From: Candidatus Bathyarchaeota archaeon
GTDB lineage: Archaea; Thermoproteota; Bathyarchaeia; TCS64
Assembly: GCA_013329615.1 (NCBI GenBank)
Contig: DUKA01000095.1
Coordinates: 1-36,613 of the forward strand
DNA length: 36,613 bases
Reading direction: 5' to 3'
Shown here in pieces: positions 15,854 through 25,044 of the stretch (position 1 is the first letter of the stretch; each line of letters opens with the position of its first letter). The notes beneath the pieces are model-generated. The model was not told where the DNA came from, did not search any database, and saw nothing but the letters and a program-made list of their open reading frames with translations. A program made the translations under genes and the position numbers.

Positions 15854-16879
15854 TCAGGGGACGAAGACGACCTTGCAGCCGACGCGGCTCTTCGCCGCCT
15901 CGAACGCCTCACCCGCCTTCTCCAGGGATAGCCTGTGGGTAATCAGTTCCCCGACCTTGATGGCGCCGCTCTTCGCCAGTTTTATGGATTGGTCGAAGTT
16001 CTCCGGCTTGGCGTCGTATGCGCCCGCGAGCGTTATCTCGCGGCGTACGACCTGCGTCATGGGCACCTCGACTGGGCGTCCGAAGATGCCTATGACCGTG
16101 ATCCTGCCTCGTTTCTTCACTATTCCGGCCGCCTGTGCCACGGCGGGCGGCGCGCCCGTCGCCACGAAGGCGGTGTCGGCGCCCCTTCCGCCAGTCCTCT
16201 CCATCACTATGGCGGACAGGTCCTCCGTCTCGACGTTCACCGTCTCGAGCCCGAGCCCACCGGCTATCTTGAAGCGCTCGGTGTCGACGTTGACGCCGGT
16301 GACTATGACCTCGGCTCCGGCGAGGCGGAAGAGCTGGGCGCTGAAGAGGCCAATGGGGCCGCAGCCCTGAACGACGACGAAGTCGCCGAGCTGGATGGGG
16401 GTGCAGTCCTTCACGAAGTGAAGTGCGTTACTCAGCGGCTCGATGAGTGCGCCGGCGTCGTAGCCGAGTTCCTCGGGGAGCCGATGTAGGAGCTTGTAGG
16501 GCACTGCTATGTGCTCGGCCATTCCGCCGTCGACGTGTATGCCGAAGAGCGTGGAGGCGTCGCAGAGGTTCTCGTGCCCTGTGCGGCAGTAGGCGCAGAC
16601 GCCACACGCCTTGACTGACTCGGCGAGAATCCTGTCGCCCACCTTGTAGCCCTTTACTTCCTTCCCCACCTTGGCGACGCGCCCCGAGAACTCGTGCCCC
16701 ATGACGACGGGGAGCCTCATCTTCGAGTACGCCGGCGTGTAGTCGTATATGCCGAGGTCGCTGCCGCAGATTGCGGCCGTCTTCACCTCTATCAGGACTT
16801 CGTCGGGCTTTATCTTGGGCTTTGGGACCTCGGCGAACTCTACGCCGGGTGCGGGCTTGCTCTTGATGACGGCTCGCAT
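15854..16879 (-). CDS. Zinc-dependent alcohol dehydrogenase, MDR family (threonine/sorbitol dehydrogenase-like)
   Basis: GHEFSG catalytic-zinc motif, structural-zinc cluster CGVCAYCRTGHENLC, and NAD-binding VVQGCGPIGL. Confidence 0.9.
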   Translation of the reverse strand: MRAVIKSKPAPGVEFAEVPKPKIKPDEVLIEVKTAAICGSDLGIYDYTPAYSKMRLPVVMGHEFSGRVAKVGKEVKGYKVGDRILAESVKACGVCAYCRTGHENLCDASTLFGIHVDGGMAEHIAVPYKLLHRLPEELGYDAGALIEPLSNALHFVKDCTPIQLGDFVVVQGCGPIGLFSAQLFRLAGAEVIVTGVNVDTERFKIAGGLGLETVNVETEDLSAIVMERTGGRGADTAFVATGAPPAVAQAAGIVKKRGRITVIGIFGRPVEVPMTQVVRREITLAGAYDAKPENFDQSIKLAKSGAIKVGELITHRLSLEKAGEAFEAAKSRVGCKVVFVP

Positions 16880-16980
16880 CTGCTGGCACCTATGACCTGC
16901 ATGGGTCGCTGCGTCGGTTTTAACGCTTCGCCGCCGGGTAAGGCTCTAATGCTGACGGGGGGCCCATACTCCTGAAGCCT

Positions 16981-18228
16981 ATGAGGGAAGCGGAGAGGCG
17001 GGTTCTGGGCTCCATTGATGTCGACGGCCTCGTCGAGTATCTCTGCGAGTTGATTTCGGTGCCAAGCGTGGGCGGGCAGGAGACGGCGGCTCAGAGGAAC
17101 ATAGCCGCCAAGATGGGGGCGCTCGGCCTCGCCGTGGAGACGTGGGACGTCGACTTCGAGAAGATACGCGACCACCCAGCGTTCAGTATGCCCATCCCCC
17201 GGGAGGAGGGCATAGGCGTCCTTGGGAGCTACGGTGAGGGGAAGGGGAGGAGCCTGATGATCAACGGCCATATCGACGTCGTCTCTCCCGGGGACGAGTC
17301 GAAGTGGAGGTACCCCCCTTGGAAGGGGACCGTCGCGGACGGGCGCGTCTACGGGCGGGGCTCCGCGGATATGAAGGGGGGCATAGTCGCCGCACTCTAC
17401 GCCATGAAGGCGATCATGGACTCGGGAACCCCCCTCAAGGGCAAGATGATTCTGGAGACAGTCATCGGCGAGGAGGACGGCGGCGTCGGGGCACTCGACG
17501 CAGTCCTCAGGGGCTACAGGGCGGACGCCGCGATCGTCCCCGAGCCGAGCGAACTCAGCGCCGTCCCAGCCCACGCCGGCGTCATGGCGTTTCGCGTCAC
17601 AGTACAGGGCAAGGCGGCACACGCCAGCCTGCGCACCGACGGCGTCAGCGCCATAGACAAGTTCCTCCCCCTCTACGAGGCGCTCAAGAGGCTTGAGGTC
17701 GAGAGGAACGCACGCATCAAGGACTCCCTCTACGCTGGCTTCGACGTGCCCTCCCCTCTTAGCATCGGCAAGATAGGCGGCGGCGAGTGGCCCGGCACCG
17801 TCCCCGAGAACCTCTACTTCGAGGGACGCGTCGGCGTACACACCGACGAGACATGCGATCTGGTCAAGAGGCAGGTAGAGTCCGCTGTGAAGAGGGCGGC
17901 TGACGCCGACCCGTGGCTCAGGGCACACCAGCCGGTGGTCGACTGGAACGGCTACCGCTTCGACCCCGCCAAGATAGCCGCCGACCACCCGATTATGGAG
18001 ACTGTCAAGGCGGCGTATAGGGACGTCTCCGGCTCCACGCCGAAGGTCGAGGGGAAGACGTACAGCAGCGACATGCGCCTACTCGTCAACCTAGGAAATA
18101 CGCCCACGATGATCTTCGGCCCCGGGGAGCTGCGGCAGGCGCACACCGCCAACGAGTCCGTGAGCGTGGAGAGCCTTGAGGCGGCGGCGAAGACCTACGC
18201 CCTCGCCATCATGCGCTGGTGCGACTAG
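16981..18228 (+). CDS. M20 family metallopeptidase (ArgE/DapE/acetylornithine deacetylase-like)
   Basis: GHIDVVSPG, YGRGSADMKGG and GEEDGG metal-binding blocks. 415 aa. Confidence 0.9.
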   Translation: MREAERRVLGSIDVDGLVEYLCELISVPSVGGQETAAQRNIAAKMGALGLAVETWDVDFEKIRDHPAFSMPIPREEGIGVLGSYGEGKGRSLMINGHIDVVSPGDESKWRYPPWKGTVADGRVYGRGSADMKGGIVAALYAMKAIMDSGTPLKGKMILETVIGEEDGGVGALDAVLRGYRADAAIVPEPSELSAVPAHAGVMAFRVTVQGKAAHASLRTDGVSAIDKFLPLYEALKRLEVERNARIKDSLYAGFDVPSPLSIGKIGGGEWPGTVPENLYFEGRVGVHTDETCDLVKRQVESAVKRAADADPWLRAHQPVVDWNGYRFDPAKIAADHPIMETVKAAYRDVSGSTPKVEGKTYSSDMRLLVNLGNTPTMIFGPGELRQAHTANESVSVESLEAAAKTYALAIMRWCD

Positions 18229-18285
18229 TGGTAGACGGCAGCCATTTTTAGGGCGGGCTACGAAGGGGGTTTAAGGCGAATCGAT

Positions 18286-18777
18286 TTGGACGAGTACTAT
18301 AGGATACCGGATTACCCCGACCATCTCTCGGGCGCGACCATGCTGGCGCGCATGCTCGACGGCCTCGGTTTCCGTTTCTACTGGGCGACTGAGGGACTGC
18401 GCCCCGAGGACTACAAATTCCGCCCCGCCGCGGACGTCATGAGCATCGGCGAGTTGACGCTGCACGTCTGGGACCTCGTGGCGTGGGTGAGCGCCTCGTC
18501 TCTGGAGAAGCAGTACGAGAAGCCGAAGGAAGGGCAGGCTGCTCGCGATGAGGCGCTGAAGGTCATCGAAGACCTCAGGGATACCTTCCTCGCCATGAGC
18601 GACGCCGATCTTACCAAGCTCCGGATACGCGACAAGCCGTTCTGGCACATTATAAACGGCCCCTTCTCCGACGCCCTGACGCACACGGGGCAGATAAACA
18701 GCTTCAGGAGGCTCGCCGGCAACCCGATCGCAGGCGCCAACGTCTTCCTAGGCGAGCCGCCAAAGAAGAAAGCCTAG
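18286..18777 (+). CDS. DinB-superfamily (four-helix bundle) protein
   Basis: 163 aa. The FYWATEGL...ELTLHV...ALTHTGQI pattern resembles DinB-like metal-binding helices. TTG start in the track, so the start is uncertain. Confidence 0.7.
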   Translation: MDEYYRIPDYPDHLSGATMLARMLDGLGFRFYWATEGLRPEDYKFRPAADVMSIGELTLHVWDLVAWVSASSLEKQYEKPKEGQAARDEALKVIEDLRDTFLAMSDADLTKLRIRDKPFWHIINGPFSDALTHTGQINSFRRLAGNPIAGANVFLGEPPKKKA

Positions 18778-18783
18778 AGCCTC

Positions 18784-19518
18784 CTACGGGTCCTTCACGC
18801 ACCTGATTGGACGGCCGTAACTCTTGTAGCCGTAGAAGACCTTGAGGCCCGCACTGTCGCAGGTCATCTGCCGGACCCACGCATTCGAGGCGTCGGACTC
18901 GGTTGAGGCCCAGAAGTAGCAGCTGTCACCGAGGCCGTAGAAGTGGAGCCCATCGTAGTTGCGTGTGCCGCAGGGGATGGCGGTGAAGTTTGCCTCGTCG
19001 GTCGCGCCTATGTTGGGCCTGAACCAGTGTGTGTTGCCTTTCTCCTTTAGCTTCCCACCGGCATTGTAGTCTCCACCCAGGTACTTCGAGAGGGTCTCCC
19101 AGTCCTCCTTCGTGGGCACGTGCCATCCCTCGGGTGCGAGTTTGCCCGTGTCGACGGCGTACCAGTTATAGAGTGTCCCGTATGCGTCCCCGTTGGCGGG
19201 GTCATTGTTGTACCAGCAGTAGGCGGGGGTGGTCAGATCGCCCCAAGCGTAGTTGTCAGTCACTATAGGGATGTCCGTCCCGTCGTTGTACTTCGTCGTC
19301 TTAAGGTTCTCAGCCATCCAGAGCTGGTCACCGATCTTGATGACCTTGTAGACGTTTCCCTCGACGTCCGTCACCGTATCCGAGTCCGTGGTAGGGACAG
19401 GGGTGGGTGTTGGGGTTGTGTTTTGAGTCGGTTCCGTGCCCCGAAGGTAGACAAGGTACACGACGATGCACAGAGCGACGATGGCCGCGGCCCAGAGTAT
19501 TTTCGAGTTCACACTCAC
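18784..19518 (-). CDS. Membrane-anchored protein with a Fibrobacter succinogenes major paralogous (FISUMP, TIGR02145-type) domain
   Basis: N-terminal TM, then a Thr/Pro-rich linker (TEPTQNTTPTPTPVPTT). Then VTDVEGNVYKVIKIGDQLWMAENLK, YGTLYNWYAV, GWHVPTKEDWETL, YFWASTE and IRCVKD match the FISUMP consensus as I recall it. Confidence 0.85.
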   Translation of the reverse strand: MSVNSKILWAAAIVALCIVVYLVYLRGTEPTQNTTPTPTPVPTTDSDTVTDVEGNVYKVIKIGDQLWMAENLKTTKYNDGTDIPIVTDNYAWGDLTTPAYCWYNNDPANGDAYGTLYNWYAVDTGKLAPEGWHVPTKEDWETLSKYLGGDYNAGGKLKEKGNTHWFRPNIGATDEANFTAIPCGTRNYDGLHFYGLGDSCYFWASTESDASNAWVRQMTCDSAGLKVFYGYKSYGRPIRCVKDP

Positions 19519-19632
19519 GCCAGATCGGTGGCTTCTCGTCCGATTGGCGAATTAATGCTTGTGCAAGTCTGATGTTTGCGTATAAGCATCGGTTTTGACG
19601 GCGCCCCCTCCGCCGTCGGTGATTAAAGGGGG

Positions 19633-21480
19633 CTACTGGGTTGTAGTCTTGCTCTTCTTGAGCATCGTGGCGAGGAGCGCGTTGACTAGGTTGCCCGAGT
19701 CCTGGCCGCCCCCGGTCACCTGTACCTCGGGAGTTATCACTATCTTGCCGTTTGCTATCTCCTCGAAGAGCTTGAGGGCGGCGACGTTCTGCTGCCCGAG
19801 GACCTCGGTCTGAGCCCTATAGGCGGCTGCCAGGCCTTCACCGACCTGCTGGTTCTCGTAGGAGGTACCGTCTGCCTTCGTCTTTGTGGCGTCGCGTATG
19901 CCCTCGGCCTCGCGGCGGGCCGCCTCGGCGCGGTCCGCGGCTATCTCGATGCTGAGCTTCGCGGAGATAACGTTCTCCTGCTGGTTCGCCCTAGCCGTCT
20001 TCTCGGCGACGGCGATGCGCTGCTCCTGCGCGAGCGCCTCCTGCTCGTACTGCTTTTGCTGCTGTACGGCGATCTCCTTCTTCGTCTGGGTCTCTAGCAG
20101 CTGCACATCGACGTTGATGTAGGCGATGAGCAGGCCCTGTACCTCCACGTGGTACTTGCTGAACTCCTCCCTCGCCTTCTCCAGCGCCTGTAGCTGCAGC
20201 TCGGTGCGGCTGTGCACGAACTCCATCGCGGCCTTCTTGCCGGCCTCGTTTCGGAAGCTGCTGTCGATGAGGGGGTGGGCGACCTGCTCGATGAGGTTGC
20301 TTACCGTTCCGAAGCGGGCGATGACGAAGGGGGCGTTTGGCGGCGGGATGCGTATGATGAGCCTTACGTCCACGTCGAGCTGGAAGCCGTCCTTCGAGGT
20401 GACCCGGAGCTGGCTGAACTTGAAGAACTCCGTTATCTTCGCGCTCTGGCCCACCTCCGACCTCTCCTTGCCGATGATTTTGGTCTCGGATGGCCCGGAG
20501 GTTGACGCCCAGTCGATTGTGATCGCGCTCGTGGGTACGAGCTCGGCCTTGTATGCGATGTTGTTGAGGTTGTATGTGCCCGGCGCGATGGGGTCCCTGA
20601 ATATGCCGCGCTGGTTCCTCTCGTTGATCAGCAGGGACTCGACGGCCTCGTGTATCGGCTGGTTGAGGTTGGGCATCGTCGAGACCGCCGGCGCCATGGG
20701 GGAGCTTGCGAGTTCCTTGCCGACGCTCGAGATGACGACTGCGACGTAACCCGGCGGCACGACGGTGACGGAGTAGAGGGTGACCTCGAATAGCCTGTTG
20801 TTTATGTAGTACTCACCGGGCTGCAGGGTTTCCAGCTGCGGTCCCCTGTAGCCTTCCGAGGTGATGAACGCCTGCCCGTCCTGGAAGTGTTTGTGCTCAC
20901 CCTTTGGCTCTGGGGCCACGATGAAGCCCGAGGGGAGGGGTATGCCGTCCATCGCGACGACTACGCCGACCATCTCCTTCGGCACCTCTAGGGCTGGCGC
21001 GAGCTCTATCCTGAATATTGCGGTGTTGATGCGGTAGGTTCCCGGGAGCAGTATGGAGACCTGTGGTCCCTTCCTGCCGCCGTTCTTGAGGAATGCCTTA
21101 GCGTCCTGGAACGAGTTGCATTCGACGTCGTCGCCGAGCAGCCTGCCCCTCTGGAGGGGCTGGCCGTCGATGGACTCGATTATGCCGATCTTGCCCTGGG
21201 GTATCTGTGTGACGCGTGTCTTGCTTATCTTCCAGACTATGGGCACACGCCAGTAGAGGCCGGGCATCAGGGTGTCTGCCTGTACGCCTACCTCGCCCTC
21301 GGTGGCGATGATCTTGCCCTGTGGGAGCTTCTTGCCGAACATCTTCTTCGTGAGTATTCCGACCTCATCGGCCCTCACCAGTGCGAAGCCGGAGAGCAAT
21401 ATAATTAACACTATGAGCCCGACTAGGGCTAGTATCAGCGTCGTTATCGCTGATCCGCCTATTAGATCGAATAGCGCCAT
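19633..21480 (-). CDS. Flotillin-like SPFH/band-7 domain membrane protein
   Basis: 615 aa. N-terminal TM (ITTLILALVGLIVLIILL), an SPFH-type core, and an Ala/Glu/Gln-rich coiled-coil tail (EQEALAQEQRIAVAEKTARANQQE...AEAARREAEG) typical of flotillin/YqiK-like proteins. Confidence 0.85.
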   Translation of the reverse strand: MALFDLIGGSAITTLILALVGLIVLIILLSGFALVRADEVGILTKKMFGKKLPQGKIIATEGEVGVQADTLMPGLYWRVPIVWKISKTRVTQIPQGKIGIIESIDGQPLQRGRLLGDDVECNSFQDAKAFLKNGGRKGPQVSILLPGTYRINTAIFRIELAPALEVPKEMVGVVVAMDGIPLPSGFIVAPEPKGEHKHFQDGQAFITSEGYRGPQLETLQPGEYYINNRLFEVTLYSVTVVPPGYVAVVISSVGKELASSPMAPAVSTMPNLNQPIHEAVESLLINERNQRGIFRDPIAPGTYNLNNIAYKAELVPTSAITIDWASTSGPSETKIIGKERSEVGQSAKITEFFKFSQLRVTSKDGFQLDVDVRLIIRIPPPNAPFVIARFGTVSNLIEQVAHPLIDSSFRNEAGKKAAMEFVHSRTELQLQALEKAREEFSKYHVEVQGLLIAYINVDVQLLETQTKKEIAVQQQKQYEQEALAQEQRIAVAEKTARANQQENVISAKLSIEIAADRAEAARREAEGIRDATKTKADGTSYENQQVGEGLAAAYRAQTEVLGQQNVAALKLFEEIANGKIVITPEVQVTGGGQDSGNLVNALLATMLKKSKTTTQ

Positions 21481-21590
21481 ACTTCAGTTCCTCCTATCTG
21501 CAGGTAATGGTTAACATTCTGGTGGTTTAAGGTAGCCCCAAATAGTCTCTATATAGTCAATATTTTTCCCGGATTGAGTTTATATCCGCG

Positions 21591-22733
21591 TTGACCTTGT
21601 CTGTTGAGTGGTCCTTGAAGCGCCTCGGCTTTGTTGTTAACCCGGTTGCAGGGATGGGTGGCCGCGTCGGGTTGAAGGGCAGCGACGGCGCGGAGACGCT
21701 GAGGAGGGCGAGGGAGTTGGGCGCAACTGAGATGTCGCCGACGAGGGCGACAGAGGCCCTGAGGCACCTCGCTGCGATAAAGGACCAGTTTGAGCTTGTC
21801 ACCTACCCGGGGGAAATGGGGGAGGACGAGGCGCGGGCAGCTGGCTTCGAGCCGAGGGTATTAGGCAAGATCAAGGCGGGGAGTACGACCTCGGCGGACA
21901 CGAAGGCGGCGGCCGCCGAGATGGCGTCCTTAGGTATCGACCTGCTCCTCTTCGCGGGCGGCGACGGTACGGCGCGGGACATCTGTGAGGCCATCGACGG
22001 CAAGGTCCCCGCCCTGGGCATCCCCACGGGGGTCAAGATACACTCGGGCGTCTACGCGGTCTCACCTGCCGCTGCAGGGGTGCTCGCCGTCAAGTACCTC
22101 ACGGGGGAGGTCACGTCGGTGCAGCAGGCGGAGGTCATGGACGTAGACGAGGACGCCTTCCGTGACAACAGGCTCAGCGCGCGCCTCTACGGCTACCTGC
22201 GTGTGCCCCGGGAGGAGGCGTACATGCAGGGGAGCAAGGAGGCGACCCCGGTCGACGAGGGAGAGAACATCAAGGCGATAGCCGCCGACCTCGCCGACGA
22301 GATGGACCCAGACACCCTCTATGTCCTCTGCCCCGGCTCCACCATAAGCAGTGTGGCCGAACACCTCGGGCTCGAGAAGACGCTCCTCGGCGTCGACGTG
22401 GTCAAGGGGGGTAAGATAATTGCTAAGGATGTTAACGAGGAGCAGCTCCTCAAGCTGGTCACGGGTAAGAGGGCGAAGATAGTGGTCACTGTTATCGGGG
22501 GGCAGGGCTTCGTCTTCGGTAGGGGCAACCAGCAGATAAGCGCGCGCGTAATACGCGCCGTGGGGAGGGAGAACATCGTAATAGCCGCCACGCCGGCGAA
22601 GCTCGCCACCCTACACGGCAAGCCGCTCCTCGTGGACACCGGCGACACGGTCCTCGACGCCGAACTCGCGGGCTACACGCGCGTCGTCACCGACTACGGT
22701 AGACGCGTAGTCTACCGAATAAAATCCGGCTAG
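21591..22733 (+). CDS. ATP-NAD kinase-like protein (COG3199 type, AcoX-like)
   Basis: VVNPVAGMGGRVGLKGSDG and LLLFAGGDGTARD (GGDGT motif). TTG start in the track, so the start is uncertain. Its stop overlaps the stop of the convergent permease gene (CTAG at 22730-22733). Confidence 0.8.
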   Translation: MTLSVEWSLKRLGFVVNPVAGMGGRVGLKGSDGAETLRRARELGATEMSPTRATEALRHLAAIKDQFELVTYPGEMGEDEARAAGFEPRVLGKIKAGSTTSADTKAAAAEMASLGIDLLLFAGGDGTARDICEAIDGKVPALGIPTGVKIHSGVYAVSPAAAGVLAVKYLTGEVTSVQQAEVMDVDEDAFRDNRLSARLYGYLRVPREEAYMQGSKEATPVDEGENIKAIAADLADEMDPDTLYVLCPGSTISSVAEHLGLEKTLLGVDVVKGGKIIAKDVNEEQLLKLVTGKRAKIVVTVIGGQGFVFGRGNQQISARVIRAVGRENIVIAATPAKLATLHGKPLLVDTGDTVLDAELAGYTRVVTDYGRRVVYRIKSG

Positions 22734-24094
22734 CGGCCGAAGTTGTCACTTTCCGGTTCGTAGACGTAGCCGAGGGATGGGTCCTTGATCATGTAGAGGA
22801 CGCTACCGTGTTTGTATACGATCGTGACCCCCTCTCTCTTGATTATATTTGTGAAAGCCTCCAAGTTCTGGACGGTTATCATCGTCGTGGGCGGGTAGAC
22901 GTTTTCGAAGTAGAGGCTCTCCGGCAGCTCAATGTTCGGGGCGTCGGAGTAGAGCAACGCCCCCGCTTTACCGATCTTACTCGAGACGTTTATCCAGTCC
23001 GCCTTCTCGTCCTCGACGACCCCCAAGTGGGCGTTCCATAGAAACACGGATAGGAAACCGATGACGGCAACGGCAGACAAGATCTTCAAGGTTCTGCGTT
23101 TATCCTCTCTGAGGTAGTTCACGGCGTCGAAGAAGGGTTTCCTCAAATCCGTGAGCCCATGTGGGATGAGGAGCATGGCAAAATACACTATGACGGCGGG
23201 TATGACCGGCCTAAATTCGCCCATCCAGCTGCCGACGTTAATTTGAGCCCAGAGGATAGACCCTATTTCTATTACTCCGACGATGAAGGCGGCAACGACA
23301 GCCAATGTGAGGGACTCGAAACCGCTGAGGACACCGATTGCTAGGAGGGGGATCATAATGAAGGTGTTTCCCCCCGGGTCTATGTGTAAAAAGGGGGGAA
23401 AGAGCGACCCCGCAACACATGCGAGCCCGCCGCTGAGTGTCCACACGACGAGTCTAACCTTCCACGGGTCTACGCCCTGTATCATGGCCAGTTCCGGGTT
23501 CTCCCCAGAGGCCACCAACGTCATTCTGAAAACAGTCTTGTTCCGAAGCACGAGTAACGAAAAGTAGACGCCCAGACACACGAGGGGTATGATGTAGAAG
23601 ATGCCACGGATACCAAGCAGCTCAAAATCGAACAATATCATGGAGTGGAAGATATGCGTCGATAGCTTGGATTGGTAGTAGTCTAGCCAGTATGCGCTTA
23701 TCCAGAGTATCGCGCCTCCGATTATCTGGACGGCTATTGTCGAGAGGGTGCGGAGCACGGTGTCGTCCCCCCTTCGCTCCATGATACCTTCGATGCCCCG
23801 ATACTGCGCCCAGCCAAGAAGACAACCCGCGGCGAAGGCCAACAAGGGACCCGTGTAGATGTTCAACCCTAGGTTGAAGGCGACCCCCGACGAAAAGACG
23901 CCCAGCCACATATACACGATGATAGAAAAATCGGGTATCCCCGACACTCTGTGCCTCAAGACCAGCGCTAAGCCGAGTAACGAGAGTAAGCCCGCGTAAC
24001 AAAGGCATAGCAGATAAATCTGGTAATCCAACCCAAGTTTAAATTTCTCATGAAGATATAAAACATGACCTAGCGGCCAAAAAAGGAGCCACAC
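22730..24094 (-). CDS. LivH/LivM-type (branched-chain amino acid ABC) permease-like membrane protein with an extra ~100-aa C-terminal non-membrane domain
   Basis: The block LVASGENPELAMIQGVDPWKVRLVVWTLSGGLACVAGSLF resembles the conserved cytoplasmic loop of LivH/LivM permeases (R..EN...A...G......K...F..S...AG.AG.L). Many TM segments. No ATPase or binding-protein gene is adjacent. GTG start, uncertain. Confidence 0.65.
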   Translation of the reverse strand: MWLLFWPLGHVLYLHEKFKLGLDYQIYLLCLCYAGLLSLLGLALVLRHRVSGIPDFSIIVYMWLGVFSSGVAFNLGLNIYTGPLLAFAAGCLLGWAQYRGIEGIMERRGDDTVLRTLSTIAVQIIGGAILWISAYWLDYYQSKLSTHIFHSMILFDFELLGIRGIFYIIPLVCLGVYFSLLVLRNKTVFRMTLVASGENPELAMIQGVDPWKVRLVVWTLSGGLACVAGSLFPPFLHIDPGGNTFIMIPLLAIGVLSGFESLTLAVVAAFIVGVIEIGSILWAQINVGSWMGEFRPVIPAVIVYFAMLLIPHGLTDLRKPFFDAVNYLREDKRRTLKILSAVAVIGFLSVFLWNAHLGVVEDEKADWINVSSKIGKAGALLYSDAPNIELPESLYFENVYPPTTMITVQNLEAFTNIIKREGVTIVYKHGSVLYMIKDPSLGYVYEPESDNFGR

Positions 24095-24237
24095 CGATCT
24101 CCATTGTTACGACCCTGTCACGCGAAAAGAGCCAGGAAACGACGCCAACAGTACGCCGATCTAGGCAAAAGGAGCGCTTATTCAGGAAAGCGTTTGAAAA
24201 AATATTTTCCCGTTATGAGGGGTAGCATGCCACAAGC

Positions 24238-25044
24238 CTATTTGGGGCTGTAGGGTCCGAGGAACTCCTCCTGCAGGATGTTCCCCCCATCTATCACTAT
24301 CTCGGAGCCCGTGAGGTAGCTCGCCTCGTCACTCGCGAGGAAGCGGACTAGGTTGCCGACATCCTCGGGACTCCCCTGCCTGCACATGGGTATCTTTCGC
24401 CCGAACTCCCTCATCGCCGCCTCGACGTCGGCGCCGCTAGTGCTTCCCCTTATCCCGAATGCACTAGGGCTGTAGACGTAGCCGGGGAGGATGCAGTTGA
24501 CATTGATCATATACTGCGCCGTCTCAAGCGCCAGAGCCTTCGTGAAACCGATCACCGCCGCCTTCGAGGAGCCGTACGCGGTCTGTCCCCCAGCCGGCGT
24601 ACCAACCATGGGACCCGTCACGCTGCTCATGTTCACAATCTTTCCATAGCGCCTCTCCATCATCCCGGGGAGCACCGCCTTCGCGCAGCGAAACATCCCG
24701 AAGACGTTTATCTCAAAGAGGCGGTGCAGGAACTCCTCATCCATCTCCACGAGCTTACGCCGCGGGTAGATGCCCGCGTTATTAACGAGTATGTCCACGC
24801 GCCCGTGATCCTTCAACATCTTGGCGAATGTCGCCTCGACGTCCGCGGACTTCGTGACGTCTATCCTGTAGGCGAAAGCCTTCCCGCCGTCCTTCCTGAT
24901 CGCCTCGGCGGTCTGCTCAACGCTCTCCTGGATGTCGGCGAGACACAAGGTCGCGCCGTGGGACGCCAGAACCCGCGCTATGCCCGCGCCTATACCCTGC
25001 GCGGAGCCCGTGACAACCGCTACCTTGCCCTCGAGTCTCTTCAC
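24238..25044 (-). CDS. Short-chain dehydrogenase/reductase (FabG-like)
   Basis: TGSAQGIG cofactor motif and YGSSK catalytic YxxxK. The track start GTG 25083 would overlap gcvPB by 43 nt. In-frame GTG 25044 forms a GTGA overlap with the gcvPB stop and is preferred. Confidence 0.9.
   Translation of the reverse strand: MKRLEGKVAVVTGSAQGIGAGIARVLASHGATLCLADIQESVEQTAEAIRKDGGKAFAYRIDVTKSADVEATFAKMLKDHGRVDILVNNAGIYPRRKLVEMDEEFLHRLFEINVFGMFRCAKAVLPGMMERRYGKIVNMSSVTGPMVGTPAGGQTAYGSSKAAVIGFTKALALETAQYMINVNCILPGYVYSPSAFGIRGSTSGADVEAAMREFGRKIPMCRQGSPEDVGNLVRFLASDEASYLTGSEIVIDGGNILQEEFLGPYSPK

Noticed and set aside
16840-17988. 382-aa ORF on the minus strand
   Set aside because: It is entirely antisense to the M20 peptidase gene, which has clear metal-binding motifs. 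The translation is repetitive Gly/Ala/Val/Asp/Leu-rich with no motifs.
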